Assembly (NCBI GenBank): GCA_963666735.1
Contig: OY762926.1
Location: forward strand, 96,001-160,000
Source: Gemmatimonadota bacterium
GTDB taxonomy: Bacteria > Gemmatimonadota > Gemmatimonadetes > Palauibacterales > Palauibacteraceae
Direction: 5' to 3'
DNA: 64,000 nt
In this document: positions 1 through 10,332 of the stretch, piece by piece
Layout of the letters: every line of letters begins with the position of its first letter
Position numbering within the stretch: position 1 is the first letter of the stretch
Notes under the pieces: generated by a model
Database searches by the model: none
What the model saw: the letters and a program-made list of their open reading frames with translations, nothing else
What the model was told of the DNA's origin: nothing
Made by a program: the position numbers and the translations under genes

Positions 1-893
1 ACCTGCTGTGCCGCATCGCCGACACCATCGAAGACGAGCCGACGCTCTCCGCAGCGCAGAAACGGGCGTTCTCGGCCCACTTCGTCGAGGTCGTGGCCGG
101 TCGGCGAGCTGCCGCCTCCTTCGCAAGCGACCTTGGCCCGCGGCTGTCGGCAGCCACGACCGAGGGCGAACGCACCCTTGTCGCCAGGACGGCCGAGGTC
201 GTGCGAATCACCCGTGAATTCCACGCGGCGCAGCGGCGGCTGCTTGAGCGCTGCGTGCGCCTTCTGTCGAGCGGCATGATGGAGTTCCAGGAGCGAGCGA
301 CTCCCGACGGATTGAGGGATTTGGCGGACCTGGACCGCTACTGCTACCACGTCGCCGGCGTCGTCGGAGAGACGCTGACGGAGTTGTTCTGCGAATACTC
401 CCCGCGGGTCGCGGCACGGCGCGCCGATCTCTTCGCCCTGGCGGTGTCCCACAGCCAGGGACTGCAGATGATCAACATCCTCAAGGATGTGTGGGAGGAC
501 CAGCGCCGCGGCGTGTGCTGGCTGCCTCGAGATCTGCTGCTGGCTCACGGCGTGGACCCGCGCGCGATGCGGGCCGGGGAAGCCGGCGAGGGTTTCGTCG
601 ATGCGCTGTCCGAACTCATGGCGATCACGCGACGGCATCTCGCGAACGGCGTCCGGTACGTTACGACTCTCCCCCCTTCCGAGACCGGGATCCGCCGGTC
701 CTGTCTCTGGGCGCTCGGCCTCGCCGTGCTGACCCTGCGGCGCATCCACCGCAATCCTGCGTTCACCTGCGGCGATCAGGTCAAGGTGTCGCGCCGGGGC
801 GTGCGCGCGGTGGTGGTCGTCACCAGCGTCGCGGCCCGGTCCAACTTCGCGCTGAAACTGCTGTTCAGGGCGTTGACACGCGGGTTGCCGTGA
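1..893 (+). CDS. Squalene/phytoene synthase family protein (5' end outside window)
   Basis: Frame open from base 3 (LLCRIADTIEDE); motifs YCYHVAGVVG and GLQMINILKDVWED typical of head-to-head prenyl synthases. Confidence 0.9.
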   Translation, partial: LLCRIADTIEDEPTLSAAQKRAFSAHFVEVVAGRRAAASFASDLGPRLSAATTEGERTLVARTAEVVRITREFHAAQRRLLERCVRLLSSGMMEFQERATPDGLRDLADLDRYCYHVAGVVGETLTELFCEYSPRVAARRADLFALAVSHSQGLQMINILKDVWEDQRRGVCWLPRDLLLAHGVDPRAMRAGEAGEGFVDALSELMAITRRHLANGVRYVTTLPPSETGIRRSCLWALGLAVLTLRRIHRNPAFTCGDQVKVSRRGVRAVVVVTSVAARSNFALKLLFRALTRGLP

Positions 894-1912
894 TGACCGC
901 GACCGGAACGCACTTCGCGTTTCAATCCGCCATGCTCAAGCGCGTGTCTCAAACTTACGCGCTCACGATCCCCCGGCTGCCGGACGGACTGCGGGAGGTG
1001 GTCACGAACGCCTACCTGCTGTGCCGGATCGCGGACACGATCGAGGACGAACCGGCCCTGTCCTCATCGGCCATGCAGGAGTTTCTGGAGTGTTTTCTCG
1101 AAGTGGTCGAGGGGCGGGCGGAGGCGGAGCCGTTCGCTCGGAAACTCGCCGCTTGCCTTTCCCCCGCAACCACCGCGGCCGGCGAGCACGATCTGGTGGC
1201 GGAGACGGCGCGCCTGGTCCGCATCACGCACGGCTTCCGCCCGCCCCAGCGGCGCGCCATCGAGCGCTGCCTCGCGGTCATGTCGGATGGCATGGTGAAG
1301 TTTCGGCCTTTCGCCGCCAATGGAGGGCTCGAGGACATGGGCCACCTCGACAGCTACTGCTACCACGTCGCCGGCGTCGTGGCCGAGATGCTCGCCGATC
1401 TCTATTGCGACCATTCTCCGGAGATCGAGACGCGGCGCGACGAGCTCTCTGCGCTCGCGGTCTCCTACGGGCAGGGACTGCAAATGACGAACATCCTCAA
1501 GGACGTGTGGGAAGACTACCGGAGGGGCGTCTGCTGGCTGCCCGGCGACGTCTTCCGCGCCGCCGGCGTGAACCTGCGCGAGCTGGCTGCCGAACGGGGC
1601 GAACCCGGCTTCGCGAGGGGGCTCGACGAACTCGTTGCCGTGACACGCGGGCACCTGGACAGGGGGCTGCGCTTCATCCTCGTCATTCCCGCGGGGGAGA
1701 TCGAGATCCGCCGACACATGCTGAGCACGCTGGGCCTCGCGGTCCTCACGCTGCGCCAGGTGCACTTCAGCCGGCGCTTCCGGGCCGCGGGAGAGATCAG
1801 GCTCTCGCCGCTCGCTGTCCGAGCGATGTTCGCCGCCGCCAGCGCCTTCGCGCGCTCCGATGCCGGGCTCCGGGCGTGCTTCAACGGCCTCACCCGCCGC
1901 CTCCCCTCTTGA
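893..1912 (+). CDS. Squalene/phytoene synthase family protein, second paralog
   Basis: ATG at 893 overlaps upstream TGA (TGATG); motifs RVSQTYAL, CRIADTIEDE, YCYHVAGVV, GLQMTNILKDVWED. Confidence 0.9.
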   Translation: MTATGTHFAFQSAMLKRVSQTYALTIPRLPDGLREVVTNAYLLCRIADTIEDEPALSSSAMQEFLECFLEVVEGRAEAEPFARKLAACLSPATTAAGEHDLVAETARLVRITHGFRPPQRRAIERCLAVMSDGMVKFRPFAANGGLEDMGHLDSYCYHVAGVVAEMLADLYCDHSPEIETRRDELSALAVSYGQGLQMTNILKDVWEDYRRGVCWLPGDVFRAAGVNLRELAAERGEPGFARGLDELVAVTRGHLDRGLRFILVIPAGEIEIRRHMLSTLGLAVLTLRQVHFSRRFRAAGEIRLSPLAVRAMFAAASAFARSDAGLRACFNGLTRRLPS

Positions 1913-1922
1913 TTCCAGGTAG

Positions 1923-3380
1923 TCACGCAGCCGGTTCCGCACCCGCCGCCGATCCCGGTGACCGGTCCCGCACGGTGGCGACCCAGGAACCCTTGACGCC
2001 GACGGCAGTGTCGTTGCGCTTCGGAGGCCTGGTCGATTGCGGCTCGAAGCGCAGGCGCTGCATGAACGTCGCCATCCCCAGCACGAACAGCCGTGTCGCG
2101 ACATCCGCGCCGCGGCATACGTGGGCACCGAGGCCGAAGGGAATGTAGGCGTGCCCGGGAACCCGCGGCGGCCCCGGCGGCGGATCCTCCAACCACCGTT
2201 CCGGCCTGAATTCCTCCGGGTCGTCCCAGTGCTCCGGCCTGTGATGAAGCACGCGCATGGCGACATGGGCGAGCGTGCTCTTGGGAATCAGGTATCCGCC
2301 CACCACGCAGTCCCGCCTCGCCTCCTTCGGCAACAGGACGTGGGTCGGCGGCTCCAGGCGAAGTACCTCCGAGAGGACGGCCTGCATATACGGCAGCCCG
2401 TGGAAATCCCCGGGCCCCACCGGCCTGTCGCCGATAACCTCGTCGATTTCCCGCTCCAGCCGGTCTCGAACCCGCGGATGACGGGCGATCAGATGAATGC
2501 CGAACACCAGCACGGCCGCCGGCGCGTCGACGAAGGCGGTCAGAAGAACGAACATCTCGTCCCGGATGGCCCGATCATGGTCCAGAACCCAGTCGATGTC
2601 CTCCCGGTCCCGGGCCCGAATGTAGTGTGAGATCACATCGTCGCCGGCATGGGACGGATCGCGGGCCCTCTCCATGGCGCCGTAGATGACCTCGTCGAAC
2701 GCCTTGTTGCTCTCATACCCGCGCCGGAACACGGGCAGCGGCAGCTTCTTGAGCAGCTGGCCCAAGGGGAGCATGTTCTGCAAGATGACCGCCTTCTGGA
2801 AGTTGAGCAGATCTTCGCCGATGCGCCGGGGAATCACCACATCGCGTCCAACGATGATGGCCACCAGCGCAGCCCAGGTGTAGCGCTCCATCTCCTTCAC
2901 GACATCGAAGACCGGTCCGGGCCGGCATCGGTCATGCAGGTCGCGGGCCTTCGCGAGAATCGACTCGGCGTAGGTCTCGACGCGCTCGTCGGAAAAGGCC
3001 CCCCCCATGAGTTCGCTTCGTTGCCGGTGTTCCTCCCCGTCAGCCAGGGGCAGGGCGGCGTAGCGGCATCCGGGCGCCTCGAGGAATTGATCCAGTGCCC
3101 CCGGAAACCACGGCGGAAAGGAGGGCTGCTGCGTGACGAGGATCTCCCGAACGAGATCGGCGCTGAACACGGCGCAGCACTTCATGAACGGAAGTTCGTA
3201 GGAAACGATATCTCCGTACTCTTCCTGAAGCCGCTCCATGAACTCGGGATAACGGGTCGTTCGCTCGTAGAGGTTGCGGAGCCGCTGTCCTTTCGGGCCC
3301 GGCGGAAGTTCGCACCGCGTTGCCACGGACTGCTGCCGCGCGGTGGGCGGAGTATCTGTGTGCGGGCAGTCGTCATGCAT
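1923..3380 (-). CDS. Cytochrome P450
   Basis: ExxR (EVLR), PERW and heme motif FGLGAHVCRG; start placed at the ATG overlapping the RND stop. Confidence 0.92.
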   Translation of the reverse strand: MHDDCPHTDTPPTARQQSVATRCELPPGPKGQRLRNLYERTTRYPEFMERLQEEYGDIVSYELPFMKCCAVFSADLVREILVTQQPSFPPWFPGALDQFLEAPGCRYAALPLADGEEHRQRSELMGGAFSDERVETYAESILAKARDLHDRCRPGPVFDVVKEMERYTWAALVAIIVGRDVVIPRRIGEDLLNFQKAVILQNMLPLGQLLKKLPLPVFRRGYESNKAFDEVIYGAMERARDPSHAGDDVISHYIRARDREDIDWVLDHDRAIRDEMFVLLTAFVDAPAAVLVFGIHLIARHPRVRDRLEREIDEVIGDRPVGPGDFHGLPYMQAVLSEVLRLEPPTHVLLPKEARRDCVVGGYLIPKSTLAHVAMRVLHHRPEHWDDPEEFRPERWLEDPPPGPPRVPGHAYIPFGLGAHVCRGADVATRLFVLGMATFMQRLRFEPQSTRPPKRNDTAVGVKGSWVATVRDRSPGSAAGAEPAA

Positions 3381-6300
3381 GGGAAGGCTCCTGTCGTGGC
3401 GGCAGCGACGCGTGGCCGACAAGGCGGTGATACACGATCGTCAGGGCCGGCACGAGCAACATCAGCACCGCAGTGGCGAAGACGATGCCGAATCCCATCG
3501 ACACGCCGACCGGTACCAGCACCTGCGCTTGAATGCCCTGCTCGAAGGTGAGCGGGGCAAGGCCGAGGAAGGTCGTCACCGACGTCAGGAAGATCGGACG
3601 GAAACGTCCCTTTGCCCCCTCGACGATCGCCTCCCGGATGGGCACTCCGGCTCCGATGCGCCCGTCAATGAAATCCATCATCACGAGCGAGTCGTTCACG
3701 ACGATGCCGGCGAGTCCCAGCATCCCCATGAAGGACATGAAGGTCAGATCGAGGCCCATCACCACGTGCCCGAGGATGGCTCCCATGACCCCGAGCGGGA
3801 TGACGGCCATGACGATCAGCGGCTTCGCGTACGATCCGAGGGAGATGGCGAGCAGCACATAGATCAGCACCAGAGCGATCACGAACCCGCGGCCCAGCGA
3901 GTCGAACGACTCGACGGCCTCCTGGCCGCGGCCGCCGAATCTGTAGCCGAGGCCGGGGTTTGTGTTCGCGAGCTCCGGAATGATGCGGGCCTCCAGAAAA
4001 TCCCTGGCCTCCTCGCCCGAGATCACGCCTGCGTCGACGTCCGCGGTGACGGACACGGTACGGCGACCGTCCTGCCGAAAAATCCTCGCGGGAGAGTTCG
4101 CCAGGCGTACGCTCGCGACCCGGCCCAGCGGCAGCGTCGCCCCGCCCGGCGTTCGGATCAGGTACCCCTCGACATCGGCAATGCTGTTCCGTTCCTCCTC
4201 GGGGAGGCGCACGTACACGCGCACAGCCTCGCGCCCGCGCTGCACGCGAAGGGCTTCCGCGCCGAAGAACGCCGAACGCACCTGCCGGGCCAGTCCGTCG
4301 AGCGTGACGCCCAGCGTTCGTGCCTCCGGCCGCAGCTCGAGCCGGATCTCCCGCAAGCCGCCGGACCGGTTCGACTGGACGTTGAAGACACCGTCCACGT
4401 TCTTGAGGCGTTCCTCCACGGCCTCGCTGATCGGACCGAGACGGCCGGGATCTTCGTGGGACAGCTCGGCATGGATGGGTCGGCCGAAGTTGATTAGGTT
4501 GCTCGTGAAGGTGAGGCCGCGCGCTTCGGGTACGACGCCGGTCTCCTCCCGCCACGCCGCCTGAAAAGCGGCCGCCGGGATGTCCCGCTGCCCCGCCGAC
4601 AGCAGCTTGAACTCGACGGTGGCGATGTGCGACTGCGGATCCAACCCCGGCTCGAGGAAGAAGCCTCCCAGCTCCTGCCGGGCCTCCAGTCCGACCGTCG
4701 AGGTGACCCCGGCGAGCAGGGGAGGCGAGTCCGCCGACCGGCCTGCCGACAGTCCGTCGATGGCTCGCCGGCCCGCGGCCTCGATTTCCCTCGCCACCTC
4801 GTTCGTTCGTCTGGCGGGGGTTCCCTCGGACATCTCCAGGCGTGCCGTCACGAGGTCCCCCTCGACCGGCTGATCGATCGTCACGTCAACGACGCCCGCC
4901 GGTATCAGGGCCACGCAGAGGGCGAGCGCCCCGACAACGCCCGCGATCAGGATCCCGGGCCGACGAATGGCGATCCTCAGCCACCGGTCGAGAGGGCCGC
5001 CGATGAACCGCGTGGTCCCCCGGTCGATACGAGCCTGGATCGAACCGAAGAATTGCTCCAGCGGGTTGGTCGGGGTCCTGCCGGGGTCCGGAAGGTGGGA
5101 CAAGTGCCTCGGAAGGATGAGCATGCTGTCTACAAGCGAGAGCGCCAGCACGGAGATCAATATGATCGGAAGCGGTCGGATAATGTCTCCCTGGAACCCC
5201 GGAATGAAGAGGAGAGGCGAGAAGGCGACCATGGTAGTCAGAACGCCGAAGATCAGCGGCCTCGTGACCCGTCTCGTGCCGCGGATGGCGGCGATCGTTC
5301 CCGGCCTGTTGCGCTGGCGTTCCAGGAAGATGCTCTCGGAGACGACCACCGCATCGTCGACCACGATGCCGATCACGATCACGACGGCGAACATCGAGAA
5401 CGAGTTGATCGAGAGGTCGAGGAGGAGCATCGTGGCCAGGGTGCCCACGACGGAGACGGCAAGTCCCGCGGCCACCCATACGGCAAGCCGGACCTGGAGA
5501 AAGAGGGTCAGCGACAGGAGTACCAGCATGAGGCCGAGGAGGCCGTTCTCAAGCAGGACGTCCCGCCGCTCCTCGTACACGTCCGCGTCGTTGTTCCAGA
5601 CGGTGATTCCCACTCCGGCGGGGAGCGACGGAATCACATTGCGCTCCAGGTGTTGCTCCACGGCGCGCGCAATGTCCAGCACTTTTTCGTCGGCGGTCCG
5701 GTACACCTCCACGAAGGCTGCCGGCCGTCCGTTGTGGCGAACGATCAGCGCCGCGTCCCGGAAACCGTCCCGTACCTCGGAGATGTCGTCCAGCCGCACC
5801 GTGGTTCCGTCGTCCCCGCCGAGTACGATGATATCCTCGAAGTCCCCCTGGTCGTAGTTTCGGCCCACGGTTCGGACCAGGACTTCGGCCTCCCGGGTCT
5901 CCACGCTGCCCGCCGACAACTCCAGTGACCCGTTCCGCACCGCGTCGGCGATCTCTTCCAGGGTGAGCCCCAGCGCCTGCAGCCGGTCGAGGCGCACCTC
6001 GATGGAGATCTCATAGTCGCGCACGCCGCTGGTCTCCACGTAGGAAACGACGTCAAGCGAGGCGAGTTCGTCCTCGGTGCGGTAGGCAAGTTCCTTCAGC
6101 GCGCGCTCGGGTATGTCCCCATGGATGATCAGACGCATCAGGCTCTGCCGGTTCGTCATCCGCCTGATCGCCGGACGCTCGGCGCCGGCCGGGAAGGACG
6201 GGATCCGGGCCACGACGGCCTCGATATCGTCCAACCCCCGCCCCATGTCCGCGCCCGGTCTCATTTCGACCATCACGGAGGCTCGCCCGCGCGCGGCGAT

Positions 6301-6576
6301 CGCGACGACATCCGCCACGGCTTCGATCGTCGCGAGATGCTCTTCGATCTTTGCGACGATGGACTCCTCCACCTCCTCGGGCGCGGCGCCCGGGTAGGGT
6401 ACGGAGATCTCAATGACGTTGTAGGAGAGTGCCGGGAACGCTTCCTGCACGAGTCCGGTCAGGGACACGAGTCCCGCCGCCGCGATGAAGAGCATCAGAA
6501 GATTGGCGGCGACCCCGTTGCGCACCATGAAGGCGACCGGCCCCCGGGGTTCTTTCTGCCCGCCGCTCGCTACCAT
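3373..6576 (-). CDS. RND efflux transporter permease (AcrB/AcrD/AcrF family)
   Basis: 1067 aa; GIVVDDAVVVSE and RFRPIFLTSVTT motifs; two hydrophobic bundles with large periplasmic loops. Confidence 0.95.
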   Translation of the reverse strand: MVASGGQKEPRGPVAFMVRNGVAANLLMLFIAAAGLVSLTGLVQEAFPALSYNVIEISVPYPGAAPEEVEESIVAKIEEHLATIEAVADVVAIAARGRASVMVEMRPGADMGRGLDDIEAVVARIPSFPAGAERPAIRRMTNRQSLMRLIIHGDIPERALKELAYRTEDELASLDVVSYVETSGVRDYEISIEVRLDRLQALGLTLEEIADAVRNGSLELSAGSVETREAEVLVRTVGRNYDQGDFEDIIVLGGDDGTTVRLDDISEVRDGFRDAALIVRHNGRPAAFVEVYRTADEKVLDIARAVEQHLERNVIPSLPAGVGITVWNNDADVYEERRDVLLENGLLGLMLVLLSLTLFLQVRLAVWVAAGLAVSVVGTLATMLLLDLSINSFSMFAVVIVIGIVVDDAVVVSESIFLERQRNRPGTIAAIRGTRRVTRPLIFGVLTTMVAFSPLLFIPGFQGDIIRPLPIILISVLALSLVDSMLILPRHLSHLPDPGRTPTNPLEQFFGSIQARIDRGTTRFIGGPLDRWLRIAIRRPGILIAGVVGALALCVALIPAGVVDVTIDQPVEGDLVTARLEMSEGTPARRTNEVAREIEAAGRRAIDGLSAGRSADSPPLLAGVTSTVGLEARQELGGFFLEPGLDPQSHIATVEFKLLSAGQRDIPAAAFQAAWREETGVVPEARGLTFTSNLINFGRPIHAELSHEDPGRLGPISEAVEERLKNVDGVFNVQSNRSGGLREIRLELRPEARTLGVTLDGLARQVRSAFFGAEALRVQRGREAVRVYVRLPEEERNSIADVEGYLIRTPGGATLPLGRVASVRLANSPARIFRQDGRRTVSVTADVDAGVISGEEARDFLEARIIPELANTNPGLGYRFGGRGQEAVESFDSLGRGFVIALVLIYVLLAISLGSYAKPLIVMAVIPLGVMGAILGHVVMGLDLTFMSFMGMLGLAGIVVNDSLVMMDFIDGRIGAGVPIREAIVEGAKGRFRPIFLTSVTTFLGLAPLTFEQGIQAQVLVPVGVSMGFGIVFATAVLMLLVPALTIVYHRLVGHASLPPRQEPSHA

Positions 6577-7748
6577 TCCTTGGATTCTTCGTCGATGACG
6601 GTGTCGGGAAGGTTGTACGAATGACCCAGGTTGCCCAGGTCCGTGACGAAGAGCAGTTGCGAAAACCGCCCCACCGATACGCGATATCGCAAGGGCCGGA
6701 GGAATTTCGACGCGCGGCGCCGGAGGCGATTCTGCAGCCGGATAATGGGCACGATCCTGAACCGTTTCGCTTCCGGGAACCTCAGTACATCGGCCAGTTC
6801 ATCGCCAATGAGCTCCCTGGACATCTGATAGTAGTGAGCCGCATGCTTGCGGCGCCTGCTTCGTTCCGTATGCCCAAGTATGATCGGCGTACTGTTGATG
6901 ATACTGTTCGAGAGGATAATCGAATCCTCATCCGGCGTAGGCTCGCACGTCGTTGCGATATTGAAGGAGTGGAGGGCCGATGCCATGTCTTCGAACAGTA
7001 TGGAGTTCGGGACTCCCATGGTGAGCGCCGTGTACCGCCACACATGAACGTAGGCCTCGCGCTCTTCATCGGTGAAGGAGCCGCCGAGACTTTCAACATG
7101 GTGCAGGAGCCGCGCGCTGAAGGCGGCAGCGCCCAGGAGCATGTGGGATGCACTCAGGGGCGTGCCGTAAGTGGGCTCGTCCCAGTCCTCGGAGGTGCGG
7201 ATCAGAGCCCGCGACTGCGCATGCACCAGCCGAATCCGGAGGGACAGCCTCCACGCATCGCCGCCAGGCTCGACGCCGCCCGGGATATACTGTTCCATCA
7301 GCTGGAGGAGATTCTGCTTGAGGCGGCGCACGCCGTTGTTGACCAGGCGGCTCCTGATACGGAACGACTTGCTGATCAGGGTGGTGAAGCCCTCGACGAT
7401 GGCCGCGGTCGAAAGGGCCGCCATGACGATATCGGAATTCCGCAGAAAGGCGCGCGACGCGACCGTGGCCGATCTCCGGCTGTACCAGTCCGGGACGACG
7501 GCGGCCTCCGCGATCAACCTGCGAAGGGACTCGGGGGCTGCGCGCGGCGGGTCCCTGTGATTCCGAAGTGCGGCGGCGATCAGCCGGTGTTCCTGGCCTG
7601 CCTTCACGGCCGCGGCCAGATCCGCGACCGCGGCATCCGCGGCCGGATCCCCGAACGTGGTGTGACGAATGTAGGTGTCCGCAACGTCCGGATCCATCTT
7701 CCGGGCCGCGTCGTATCCGTCTGCGTAGCAGGAAGGCACCCGCATCAC
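6570..7748 (-). CDS. MpaB / rubber oxygenase (Lcp)-like heme oxygenase family protein (DUF2236)
   Basis: Motifs GDPAADA, RIRLVHAQSR, WDEPTYGTPLS, YVHVWRYTALTMGV resemble the MpaB/Lcp catalytic domain. Confidence 0.75.
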   Translation of the reverse strand: MMRVPSCYADGYDAARKMDPDVADTYIRHTTFGDPAADAAVADLAAAVKAGQEHRLIAAALRNHRDPPRAAPESLRRLIAEAAVVPDWYSRRSATVASRAFLRNSDIVMAALSTAAIVEGFTTLISKSFRIRSRLVNNGVRRLKQNLLQLMEQYIPGGVEPGGDAWRLSLRIRLVHAQSRALIRTSEDWDEPTYGTPLSASHMLLGAAAFSARLLHHVESLGGSFTDEEREAYVHVWRYTALTMGVPNSILFEDMASALHSFNIATTCEPTPDEDSIILSNSIINSTPIILGHTERSRRRKHAAHYYQMSRELIGDELADVLRFPEAKRFRIVPIIRLQNRLRRRASKFLRPLRYRVSVGRFSQLLFVTDLGNLGHSYNLPDTVIDEESKEW

Positions 7749-7757
7749 GATGCCGGC

Positions 7758-8996
7758 TCAGCTCTTGAAGGACTTCAGATCGGGGTCGTAGCCGGCCCCG
7801 CGGAGGATGCGCTCGATCGCCTCCCCGAGCTTCGAGTTCGGCGTGGAGGCGCCGGCCGTGATGCCGATGCCGACCTCTCCATCCGGCAGCCAGGCGTTCG
7901 CCGTCGCGATCTCATCGCTGCCGATGAGCTTGTGCGTGATCCGGCCCCGGACGGTATCGATGCAGGCGGCGTCCTCGATGTGATACGTCTTCGTGTGCCG
8001 CGCGCACATGTGGGCGAGCTGGTTCGTGTTCGAGGAGTTGTAGCCGCCGATCACGATCATGACATCGGGCGGATCCTCCATCATCTCCTGCACGGCGTCC
8101 TGCCGTTTCTGCGTGGCCGAACAGATCGTGTCGAAGCTTCGGAACCGGTCCGGCGCCTTCTCCGTCCCCCATCGATCCGTGATCGCTTCGCCGAGTTCGG
8201 CCGCGATGGCCAACGACTCCGCAGCCAGCATCGTCGTCTGGTTGGCCACGCCGATGCGCCTCAGGTGGATGTCGGGATCGAAACCCTTCGACGCGGATTC
8301 CGCGAACAACCGGATGAAGTCCGCGCGCTCGCCGTCTCCGCGCACGTACGAGCAGACGATCCGCGCCTGCGCCATGTCCCGCACGACGAGAAACTGCGCA
8401 CCCTCGTGCTTCAGGACCCGCGAACTCGTCGCCCGTGTCTCTTCGTGCCAGTGCTTGCCGTGGATGACCGAAGTGAAGCCGTCCCGCGCGTAGCGCTCCA
8501 CCCGCTTCCACACGTTCAGCACCGAGCCGCAGGTCGTGTCGACGAGGATGCAGTCGAGGGCCCGCAACGCCTCGAAGTCGTGGAGCGTCACCCCGAAGGC
8601 CGGGATAATCACGACATCTTCCGGCGTGACGCCGCTGAAGTCGAACTCACCGTCCTCCGAGGGGTAGAGGAATTCGACCTCCATCTCCCGCAGCCGGCGG
8701 TTCACGTGCGGGTTGTGAATGATCTCCCCGACGAGCAGGATCCGGCGGTCCGGGAACTTGCGCCGGGACTCGTAGGCATAGTCCACCGCGCGGTCGACGC
8801 CGTAGCAGAAGCCGGAGCTTCTTGCGAGACGAAGGTGGATGCGGTCCACCTGCAACTCGTTGTCGCGCTCGCGAATGAGGCCGACGATGACGCTCCCGTA
8901 CTCAAAATCGATTACGGGCTGGATCTCCTTCTTGAGACCCAACCCGCGCCGGTAGTATCGGTCCCCGACGACCGACGGCTTGTGAGCGCTCGAACT
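7758..8996 (-). pseudogene. ispH: IspH (4-hydroxy-3-methylbut-2-enyl diphosphate reductase), main body separated from its start by an IS3 insertion
   Basis: GFCYGVDRA, IIHNPHV, DTTC, NQTTM, DTICSAT, GGYNSSNT, TAGASTP motifs; frame runs open up to the IS left end at 8997. Confidence 0.9.
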
Positions 8997-9054
8997 TGGA
9001 GTTGCCCCGCTTTGACGGACACCTATCCATTGGGGTCAAGCAAGGAGGTGTTCC

Positions 9055-9369
9055 ATGGCGGGCCGGAAGGGGCGGTATCCATCCGAGTACAGGGAGCGGC
9101 TGGTGGAACTGGTGAGGGGCGGGCGTAGTGCCGCGTCACTCGCCCGGAAGTTCGAGCCGTCGGAGCAGACGATCCGGAACTGGGTCCGGCAGGCGGATGT
9201 GGACGAGGGGTTCCGTAGCGACGGGCTGACAACGGAGGCGCGCAGCGAGCTGCGGCGCCTGGAGCGGGAGAACAAGCGGCTCAGGATGGAGCGCGACATC
9301 CTAAAAAAAGCCGCGGCCTGGTTCGCGAGGGAGAGCGGATCGATCCCCGGCGGGGGTATGCGTTCATGA
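9055..9369 (+). CDS. IS3 transposase OrfA (HTH)
   Basis: YPSEYRERLVELV...TIRNWV...LRMERDILKKAAAWF; A7G slippery site at 9303-9310 for -1 frameshifting. Confidence 0.93.
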   Translation: MAGRKGRYPSEYRERLVELVRGGRSAASLARKFEPSEQTIRNWVRQADVDEGFRSDGLTTEARSELRRLERENKRLRMERDILKKAAAWFARESGSIPGGGMRS

Positions 9370-10214
9370 GGGCGCACCGGGCCGAGTTCCCGCTTCGGGC
9401 CATGTGCCGGGTGCTGGGTCTCTCCCCCAGCGGCTACTACGACTGGTTGAGGCGTCCTCCCTCGGACCGCGCGCGTCGGGACGCGGAACTGGAGGCGCGG
9501 ATCGCGAAGATATGGACCGGCAGCGGCGAGACGTACGGCCGTCCGCGGATCCACGCGGCGCTCAGGGCCGAGGGCGAGCGGGTGGGGCAGAAGCGCGTGG
9601 GGCGGCTGATGAGGGGGCTGGAGATCGAGGGCGCGACCAGGCGGCGCTTCAAGACGGCGACGACGAAGAGGGATGCCGAGGCCCGCCCCGCGCCGGACCT
9701 GGTGGACCGTGACTTCTCGGCCTCGGGGCCCGACGAGCTGTGGGTGGCCGACATCACCTACGTCCCCACGTGGGCTGGCTGGCTGTATCTGGCCGTCGTG
9801 CTCGACGTCTGGAGCCGCCGCGTCGTCGGCTGGGCCATGGCGACGCACATGCGGACCGAGCTCGTCGAGACCGCGCTGGCGATGGCTCTCGCAAGGCGTC
9901 GTCCCGAGGGTCGTGTCGTGCATCATTCCGACAGGGGCTCGCAGTACACCTCGCTCGCCTTCGGGGAGCGCTGCCGCGAGTCGGGCATCGCCCAGTCCAT
10001 GGGCTCGGCGGGCGATGCGTACGACAACGCCATGTGCGAGAGCTTCTTCGCCACCCTCGAGTGCGAGCTGATCTGGAAGCGCTCGTTCCGCACGGCGGAC
10101 GAGGCGCGACGGGAGGTCTTCGGCTTCATCGAGGGCTTCTACAACACCCGGCGGCTGCACTCGGCACTCGGCTACGAGTCGCCGGCCGACTACGAGAGCA
10201 ACCATGCGGCCTGA
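9366..10214 (+). CDS. IS3 transposase OrfB (DDE integrase core)
   Basis: WVADITY, HHSDRGSQY, DNAMCESFF, YNTRRLHSALGY motifs. Confidence 0.95.
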   Translation: MRAHRAEFPLRAMCRVLGLSPSGYYDWLRRPPSDRARRDAELEARIAKIWTGSGETYGRPRIHAALRAEGERVGQKRVGRLMRGLEIEGATRRRFKTATTKRDAEARPAPDLVDRDFSASGPDELWVADITYVPTWAGWLYLAVVLDVWSRRVVGWAMATHMRTELVETALAMALARRRPEGRVVHHSDRGSQYTSLAFGERCRESGIAQSMGSAGDAYDNAMCESFFATLECELIWKRSFRTADEARREVFGFIEGFYNTRRLHSALGYESPADYESNHAA

Positions 10215-10332
10215 GGCGCACCCGCGGCGCACACCGACATCCTCTCCCGAGCGCCTGAGGGAGGCTGAAAGGAGAAGAACCGGAGGCGATCAACCACAGA
10301 AACTAACCGTCCGTGAAAGCGGGACAGCTCCA

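Larger units (their letters stand above)
8997..10332 (+). mobile_element. IS3-family insertion sequence, 1336 bp, flanked by AACT direct repeats
   Basis: Left end TGGAGTTGCCCCGCTTTGACGGAC; right end (reverse complement) TGGAGCTGTCCCGCTTTCACGGAC; AACT at 8993-8996 and 10333-10336; orfA/orfB organisation. Confidence 0.96.
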
